A DNA stretch of 32,815 nt from Octopus bimaculoides (lineage: Eukaryota). Numbering within the stretch: position 1 is the first letter of the stretch; each line of letters begins with the position of its first letter. The stretch covers positions 2,648,705 to 2,681,519 of the forward strand of contig NC_068999.1 in assembly GCF_001194135.2 (NCBI RefSeq). The letters run 5' to 3'. The notes beneath the pieces are model-generated. The model saw only the letters and a list, made by a program, of their open reading frames with translations. It did not search any database and had not been told where the DNA came from. A program made the position numbers and the translations under genes. This document shows positions 24,279-32,815 of the stretch, piece after piece.

Positions 24279-25429
24279 GTGAGTTAAATATCGACATTTT
24301 CTTTTTTTATTTGCACGTAACTAGTGTATATAGTTCACCTCGAAATTGTGTGCGTGTGAAGAAGAGGTGAATCATCCAAACAGATGAGGCATGAGGCGGT
24401 AGGAAGACGAGTTCAGTGTTTACGTCTGATTCTGTCCTTTCTAATATACCTGACATGACCAACCGATGACAATAAACGAACGCTTTTCAAAAATATTCTG
24501 TTTTCCTTTGTCGTATTTAACACTCTAATCTACATCATTACTAATGTCTATCTAGAAACTCTAGAAATATCTATGAAAATCCTTTTTACTAAACGTCACC
24601 CCCACCCCACCATTTATTAGCTGACTTCGTCGGCTGCTAATAAACAGAATGTCTGTGTGTGGTGCTGTTGGCGAGTATGAAACACCAACAACTTTGGAAC
24701 CATTTTCACACGGAGCTTATTCTTCCTCCATCGCTGACCACATCACAATAATTCATCTTACGCTCTCTATTAATCATAATTTCGCTATTATTATTATTAT
24801 TATTATTATTATCATTATCAGTGTAATTATTTGTATCTCATATCATAATGACATATTATGAGTGGTTTATGGACAAAAACTGTAATCGCGATATGAGTGT
24901 CATTTGCCAACCATTCGGGGTGTTGCTAATTGTTTGCCAGGAGCCCCAGGTGGCTGACTTTTCTAATTTTGATGTTGGCATCGCTGCAGGAATAAAACGT
25001 AAATCTCTGGAAGACAGAGAAGAGAAAGAAAGCAGTGACATTCAGACAAACAAACAAACAAACAAAAAAACCATTATGCCTGACGGTGACTACAGAAGCA
25101 GACTTTTAACGAAAATGTTTTTGTCTGGCGTAGTTTTTTGATTGCACGCGCATTGTTCCTTCCCGACAAAGTATTCCTGTCTCTCATATTGTGACATGAA
25201 CTCTTTAGAAAAACAAAGGATTTAAACCGATATATGTTCCACTTAATAATAGTTTTCTGATGTTAGCATGAGTTACATGCCAGAGAATATGGTAATTGTA
25301 ATTGTGGATAGTACTTATCTTGTCAACTTTCGAGGAAAAAAAACCAAGCGAAGTAACTACGCAGAGATTCGATCTCAGAACCTAAAGCACTAAATACTTT
25401 TATGTATTTAATCAAGCTTCTATTCTCTA

Positions 25430-25580
25430 CTCTTATTTTTTTATTGCCCACAAGGAGCTATAAACATAGAGGAGACAAACAAGGACAGACAAAGGGATTA
25501 AGTCGTAACTGGTACTTATTTACTTGACGCCGAAAGGATGAAAAGCAAAGTCGCCCGGCGCGCTAACGATTCTGTCAGGC
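25430..25580 (-). mobile_element. SINE family B variant with internal deletions
   Basis: ACTGGTACTTATTTA...GAAAGGATGAAAAGCAAAGTCG fused to CCCGGCGCGCTAACGATTCTG. Confidence 0.8.
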
Positions 25581-25607
25581 TGCTATTCTCGAAATAAAAA
25601 TTTCTTT

Positions 25608-25822
25608 CAGGCGGGCAGCTGCCGGAATCGTTATCGCGCCAGCAAAAATGCTTAGCGCCATTTCTTTACCGACTTTGCGTTCTGAGTTCAAATACTGCCG
25701 AGATCGACTTCGCCTTTCATCCTTTCGTGGTCGATAAATTAAGTACCGGTTGAGTATTGACGTCGAAGTAATCGACTTATCCATTCCCCTTAAATTGCTG
25801 GCCTTGTGCAGAAAATTTGAAT
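25608..25822 (+). mobile_element. tRNA-derived SINE, family B
   Basis: GAATCGTTATCGCGCC...GAGTTCAAATACT...GCCTTTCATCCTTTCGTGGTCGATAAATTAAGTACC. Confidence 0.9.
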
Positions 25823-26217
25823 CCAAAATAATAATGATCTCTAGGTGCAAGACCACATATATTTTGGAAGAGAGGTACAACCTATAAGATGGAACCAGTT
25901 CTTTTCCTGGTACTTCTTGCCCCTGGATGGATGAAAGAGTTGACTGAAATGGGATTTGAACATAGAACACAGAGGTACATAATATTTCAATGTATTTTTC
26001 CGCTGCTTTGCCTTTCTCATATCAGCACAACGCTGAGTTGTATAATCAGCTGAAGCGACCCTATTATATAACTGGTACCTGTCCTATACAAAGTCAGCTT
26101 TAATTTCGTCCAACATCACTGCTTTTATCATCCCCCACTCTTGAAGTTGTTGTTGTATAGTAACAGTTCCAGCCAAATAGATCTGAGCTTTGATTTATGT
26201 GTGTATTGATAAAGTTT

Positions 26218-26558
26218 TGTGGAGGCGCAATGGCCCAGTGGTTAGGGCAGCGGACTCGCGGTCGTAGGATCGCGGTTTCGATTCCGAGACCGGGTGTTGT
26301 GAGTGTTTATTGAGTGAAAACACCTAAAGCTCCACGAAGATCCGGCAAGAGGTGGTGGCAAACCCTGCTGTACTCTTGCACCACAACTTTCTCTCACTCT
26401 TACTTCCTGTTTCTGTGGTACCTGTATTTCAAAGGGCCAGCCTTGTTACACTGTCATGCTGAATCTCCCCGAAAACTATGTGGAATGCTCAGCCACTTGC
26501 ACGTTAATTTCACGAGCAGGCTGTTCCGTTAATCGGCGTCGTAACCGACGGAGTGTCC
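26218..26558 (+). mobile_element. tRNA-derived SINE, family A, with two internal deletions relative to 21973-22354
   Basis: A box TGGCCCAGTGG, B box GGTTTCGATTCC, and collinear homology to the inverted copy. Confidence 0.93.
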
Positions 26559-26784
26559 ATGATAAGGTTTATTCATTCTAAATTCAATTAGTTCGGCATG
26601 AAACTAAACAAATTTGCACTTGTCTCCAACAAATGTCGATATATCCTTCATGGGAAGATATTTCAAGTCGGATGATATCTGATATGGCGACATCAATATT
26701 TCAGATAAATAGTATTCTAAGTCGGCAATGTATGCATACATATATATGCGCGCGTGCACATACGCACACGCATGTCTATATATA

Positions 26785-26822
<38 letters not shown>

Positions 26823-27805
26823 TATGTATGTATATATGTACGTATGTGTGTATATATATTTGAAGGGATTCCTTCATATCCAGTATACTCCGATCAGATT
26901 GCTGTTGCTGTTAATTTTTGAATCCTTTTCAAAGACCATCTTAAATCTATTATTGTTTTATTGTTGCTATGGAAATAATTAAATGTAATAGTTTGGTTGT
27001 CTTAAACATCAACTTTACATCAGCAATAACAACAGCAATCATATCACTGACCTTTTTTTTTCTTTTCTCTTTCTTTTTTCACGTAATTATAAGAATCATT
27101 AAATCGAGAAGGAAAATTACCGTTCCGAAATAGTTAAATCGCTGAAACAGTGAAAACAAATAACAGAAGTCAATCATATTGATTTTACATGTGTTCAATA
27201 ATCTAACGTTCGATAATGTAATGTTTAGTTGTTCTATGAAGATATTCATCTCATTGTCTTCAGACATGGCAAATCATATGGACGTACGAAAGACGTTGAA
27301 ATGTTTTATCAGGAGGAGAAAGCGTGGTGGGAACGAGGGATTTTAAATAAACAGACCTTTGATAAGACTGACCACTCTATGCGGCAATAATAATAATTTC
27401 GAAACAAAATTCTTGATAGAAACAGAATCTTTGAAATTGTAAGTAAATAATAATCAGAATGTAAAGAAAACGATGATGTGTGTATGTTTGTGTGCATGCA
27501 TTGCACACACACACACATACAACGCGTATACAGACGCACACATGTGTCTATCTGACTCGATTCTATCTGTCCACAGCAAATGGAAATTCACCGATTGAAT
27601 AATTCCAAAATAACATTCACGAGACACATGGTGAAGAATTTTCGAAACGTTGTTTATTCTTGTAGATTCTTAGCAGAAATCGGAAAACAGAAAAGCTTGG
27701 TATTTTGTATCGACACATTTTGATTTCAAATCCCGCCAAAAATCTACTCCGTTTCTCATCTTTCCAGGGTTGACAAAGTAACAGTCAAGTACTGGAATCG
27801 ATATA

Positions 27806-27845
<40 letters not shown>

Positions 27846-27943
27846 ACAAACACACACAAATACTCACAAAAAACAATTCTACCTCTCCTTATTTCTACCG
27901 AAGTCAAAGCTTTGTATCATAATGCAGGAGAAACAATACGATA

Positions 27944-28023
27944 CCGGATTAGATGAAAGTGCTGGATTAGATGAAAATGCCGGATTAGATGACAGTGCTG
28001 GATTAGATGACAGTGCCGGATTA
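27944..28023. repeat. Minisatellite, 18-bp unit GGATTAGATGA(A/C)A(G/A)TGC(T/C), about 4.4 copies
   Basis: GGATTA at 27946, 27964, 27982, 28000 and 28018. Confidence 0.96.
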
Positions 28024-28554
28024 AACTTTTCCCTGTGTTAGATTTCTTATATTTTGAGTTTAAATCCTGTGGAATTGATTTTGCTTTTCATTTCGGTGGT
28101 CGAAGAAATACCAGTTAACGTGTCGATTCAATCAATCAAACTCTCTTCTTTACAACTAGAACTCTCCTCCTTTACAGCTATTAACCACCCCTCTTCTAGA
28201 ACTATACGCCCCTCCTCTACAGCCCTAATCCCCTTTTCTGCTCTCAGTTAGTAGTTATCCACAAAAAAGATTAAAATACTTGTTTCATGACCAGGATGAA
28301 AGCGATGGAGAGGTAGACGACATGCTTACAGAATTTACTTCGTCTCGCCTTTTTGTCCGGTTTTCTATCATCTTTCGGTGGCGAGGGGAAGAGGATTCGA
28401 ACCATAAACGCTGCAAACTGATCGAATTCTTCGAAGACAAAAAAGAGTTTTATAACATAGGGCCATTTCCACAAATTAGGGGCTGCAGACTGAACAGTCG
28501 GATGTAATTGATTAAGTTGGCCAGTTTATTCCTGCCACCCTCTTTCTATTGATT

Positions 28555-28619
<65 letters not shown>
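28555..28619. repeat. (CA)n microsatellite
   Basis: Direct reading. Confidence 0.97.
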
Positions 28620-28622
<3 letters not shown>

Positions 28623-29534
28623 AGGCCCCACAAACTTCATGCCTTCTATCCATGAGGTAAATATTTAATAAAGTCATGTTTTAGTTTCTCTTAACCTTCA
28701 CGATGCCTCATGCTTGTCATTAGGTTTTCATTTTTAATATCTTATTTAATATCGAAGACGTGTTTCGTTGAGCCTATAGAGTGTCTACTTTAAGGTTAAT
28801 TGGATAAACATTCTTTTCAATTTAGCAGGCAACTAAATATGCTGGATAACTCAAGAGCAATTGTAAATGTTATTATCTGAAAGTGATAAGTAATTATCAA
28901 TTTCGCAATTAGTGATTTCATCGCCGCAGCTGTGGCTTTCATATAAAAAAGAAAGAGAAACGACATCTCGTTTTTGGTGAGTGGAAACTTTGAATAAGCA
29001 GGTGTGGAGGAGGATAAGAGAATTTAGTGGAATTAGAGGAGAACATGTGATCTAGTGATGCCAATCTCAGACAACAGAACACCGCTATAGAAGCAGAGCG
29101 TACTTGAAATGGCACCACAAAAGGAGGAATTACATTGAAGAGAATAATAAACGAGAAAATGTAATAGTGAAATAGAAAGGAAAGTTGGAAACGGTGGATG
29201 TGGTTTATTAGATGCTAGGAAGCCTAACAAGTTGCACAGTCGGAGTATTGTGGAGAAGTTGATTGAGTCAGCAAATGAAATCCAGTGCCAATTATATAAT
29301 TTGGAGTGGTTTTAAACGACAACAATAACTCTTCTGTCCCTTACACATACCAACAAAATGGTGCTGGCAATTGCGACAAATTCTAAGAATAAACGATGGT
29401 AAAATAATTAATATATGTAAGATTGTACCTAGGAGTAAATTAAGAAATAAGAAAATATTGAATCTGGAAAATTAAAATATTTTCAATTATCTTTAGAGTT
29501 AAATGGAAATACTTCAGAATATCATAAATCTAAC

Positions 29535-29758
29535 ATGGCCAGTGAGCTAGTAGAATCGTCATCGCGCCAGGCAAAATGCTTAGCAGCATTAAGTCCGTCT
29601 TTACGTTCTGAGTTCAAATTCCACCAAAGTCGACTTTGCCTTTCATCCTTTTGGGGTTGATTAAATACGTATCAGCTGAGCAGAGGGGTCGATGTAACAG
29701 ACTTACACGCTTCTCTGAAATTACTGGCTTTGTGCCAAAATGTGAAACCATTATTATG
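29535..29758 (+). mobile_element. tRNA-derived SINE, family B, diverged
   Basis: GAATCGTCATCGCGCCAGGC...GAGTTCAAATTCCACCAAAGTCGACTTTGCCTTTCATCCTTTTGGGG. Confidence 0.88.
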
Positions 29759-30069
29759 AATCTAATACTGTTCCTAGAATATTTTAATGAAACAATTACA
29801 CTGATAATCGTCTTTGTCCTTCGGTTCGAACTAATCTCGTGTCATCTCCATCGTGGACCATCGGACACAAATCGTCTCGTATCCCCTCATCCCCCACATT
29901 GTCTCCCCTAAGCTGATCCTTAATCACTCCTCTAAATTTTTCTTCCTTCGGACGTCCATCCTCTGAAATAGGTGCCTGTCCTTAGCTTTTCCTGCAGCTG
30001 TCGACTGCTGGTGTCTCAGAGGGAATTTGGACAGAACATTCGACTGACCAGTTGATGCACCCTCAGTTG

Positions 30070-30186
<117 letters not shown>

Positions 30187-32124
30187 TTGACTCAATGCAG
30201 CTGTGGATTGTTTCCTGCGATAGATTGGTGTCGTGTCCAGAGAATGATTTATATTTCATTGAACGCGACCGAATATGGAGCAAGGCAGCGTTTGTTGGAG
30301 ATTTTGTGGTTTCTGAAGACATCATTACTACTTCGTCCGGATTTATATTTTCACAGTGCACTGAATAGGTGAGAAATATTGTTTTATAGGACGCTCCTTA
30401 CGCCATATCTACTTGGGAAAATAAGCTATTAATTTGCTAACAGAACCCAACAAATAAATAAAATTTCTCGTCAATGAGATTGCGGGGCTGGTAGTGTTCT
30501 GAATAGATTCAACACTGAACAAATATTTGACTACTCAGATGAGATGTCACAATAATTATTGAATCTCCGTTGAACAAGATTCAATTACACTGATTAATTA
30601 GCCATTCTCTAGATCAAATATAGTCAATTGATGCAATCAAACGAAAGCAATAATAGCGACACAGGTTTTGTGTGTCTAGTAAATAAGGAACAGCGGATGT
30701 GCTCCAAGTCGGCCTATTGACAATATATTATCTCTAGCGTTCTATGTCAACGTGTTATTAAAAAAAATCAAACTTTCCTTTAATGCATGGAGTAAACTGA
30801 ATAAGATGGCTGCGGGGAGAATGTAAAGATGCCGTCAGACGCCAGGATAACGATCGATGCTTTAACATATGGTAGCTTTAGAAATGGACAATTGGCAGTG
30901 TTTATTTTCCTTTCCTATTTAATAAACTTCAAATAGTGTCCGCCATTTCAGAAAATATTCTAGAATTTTCACAAAGACGCAGGAAATGTTTTAAAATGAA
31001 ACTGTTGATTAAATTCAATCTTACATATGTGCTGAAATTAATTTACGATTAACAGTTTTCTTTCTTTTTTTTTTCACAAGAAAATACAAAAACAAAGAAA
31101 CCTAAATATTGACGAATATCGTTGTTGTTCTGCTTCGAAATGGCTGCTACGAAGGTAGCTCTAATGTGCCTATAAAGACATAGAAAATGAAAACTTAGTT
31201 TTGATTAAACAAGGGATTACGGCCTCGCCGATTACCCACATCGCAAAGTGGCGTAGAGGTGGGAGTAAATATGTTTGGTGTAATAGATCTGGGTAACGTT
31301 CTTGTATTAGAGAACTCTCATAAAGTCATTATATGCCATAGTTTTTTGATTTACTGCTATCAATATTAATGTCGATATGTTGACTGTTGAGTAATCAGAT
31401 CAACCGCAATCTACACACAAGCAGACGTACTCAACGTTGCCAGGGTGCCGAAATCAAATTCCTCTACTGTAATGGGGATACGGGGATGTTTCAGAAGCCA
31501 CCACCACAAAATATGGTTTCAGAGACAAGTAAAGAAAGAAGAAGAGGGGAGTGTAGCGAAAGATGTAATCATCTAACTTTCACGTTGTTTCAAGTCAGAG
31601 AGAATCTATCAAATATGGATCATTACATCGTATTGATTAAAGAATTTAATTAAGCCATGTTTATTAATCATTTAGCAAAAAAACAAAAAAGTCAAATATC
31701 CAGAAACAAGCTCTACCTGAAAGCCGAAGGGTAAAGCAGCTGTTAGTATAATATACATGAATTAAAAAGTGTTAATTAATTAGAATTCTATACGTTGTGA
31801 GAAGACCAAGTGATTATGCTAATGCATGTCTTAATTTTCCTCTGACAGAACGGATAATAACAACGTCTTGCTGTAGAGGTTTGATAACACCGAAACATTT
31901 CCAGAGTTGTCTCCCTTTAATTCAAAGCCCAGATTCAATTATCAAACCTAACGATTCTTTCCCCAAACACCAGATGTAATTTTAATCAATTAATCTATGT
32001 AAGACTCATTACATCTGTAAACCAACCTCACAGCAATTCAGAGCAGTGTCGTGTACGAGCAAGCACAAGGACTCTTCGCTTTAATAAAAGCTACCTTTTT
32101 TTTCACCTAATACTTACACACATA

Positions 32125-32340
32125 AATATATGTATACACGCACACAAATATATACAATTACACACATATATATATATACACATACTCATAAATATATACA
32201 CACACGCACGCACACAGATATATACAGACATTCACGTATATATATATATATATATATACATGTATACTTACACAAATATATGTACACATGCATATATATA
32301 TATGTGTGTGTGTGTGTGTGTATATATATACACACACATA
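32125..32340. repeat. Degenerate CA/TA/GT microsatellite
   Basis: Direct reading. Confidence 0.92.
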
Positions 32341-32551
32341 AAAAAGACCCCTTTCGATCATGAGTTACCATGGGATTGCACCTGGAAAGTTGCCCTCCGA
32401 GGCACAAGTCTGGGCAAAGTTGTTTATGGAAGACCGGCAGTCGCCCATGCATACCAGCCTCCTCACTTCACGCCACCGATGTTATCCAAGGGAAAGACAC
32501 GCACATATGTATATACACACACCCACATATGTATATACACGTATGTATGCG

Positions 32552-32588
<37 letters not shown>

Positions 32589-32590
<2 letters not shown>

Positions 32591-32815
32591 TAGCAGAAAT
32601 ACCCGGCTTTGCCCGGGTTAAAGAGAATAATGAAATCTAAAAACGCCGTCTAGACTACGCAACCCTCAACTGTTAGTAGCTATGATACCATATTTCTACA
32701 TTAATAACTCTCCAATCCATGCCAGCATGGAACATAGACATTAAGTGGAATGCCAGTCTCTCATCTAGGAGGGCCTTGAAATCAATGTTACCAACTGGGG
32801 ACTGTGTGTGTCGTA
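32589..32815 (+). mobile_element. Possible Helitron/Helentron-type non-autonomous element end, at the edge of (TA)n
   Basis: ACTAG start followed by the subterminal hairpin ACCCGG-CTTTGC-CCGGGT (32601-32618), directly after (TA)n. The element runs off the window end. Confidence 0.45.

Noticed and set aside
27628-27655. Third hammerhead-like string TGGTGAAGAATTTTCGAAACGTTG
   Set aside because: The core CUGA is broken and there is no credible stem II, so it is at most a very old relic.
31511-31540. ATA TGG TTT CAG AGA (IWFQR) as the missing Arx exon
   Set aside because: It lacks the invariant N51 and RRAKWR, and has no AG acceptor in phase 0 before it.

Overview
Eukaryotic, AT-rich, microsatellite-dense scaffold with five N gaps. 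The SINE and LINE content suggests a coleoid cephalopod, probably Octopus (inference, not verified). The only host gene I can support is the 5' part of an Arx/aristaless paired-class homeobox gene on the + strand. It has a large coding exon (ATG 16720 to 17306, ending ...[34 protein letters not shown]) and a 46-nt micro-exon (24233-24278, EELAMRIDLTEARVQ) that the ORF track misses. The next exon (VWFQNRR...) was not found and presumably lies beyond the window. The rest is microsatellites, several tRNA-derived SINE families and decayed CR1-like, RTE and R4/Dong LINEs. There are also probable Tc1/mariner, hAT and Helitron-type remnants. Four observations stand out. (1) A tRNA-headed non-autonomous element in the Arx intron carries an intact minimal (Penelope-type) hammerhead ribozyme fold, in sense with the pre-mRNA. 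(2) Nested inverted SINE pairs bracket the frame-critical micro-exon. (3) A putative spliced upstream ORF with an eh1-like motif is in frame with Arx and separated from it by a single TGA. (4) There is a candidate 12-nt poison micro-exon. All functional interpretations are hypotheses, and nearly all ORF-track entries are microsatellite artefacts.
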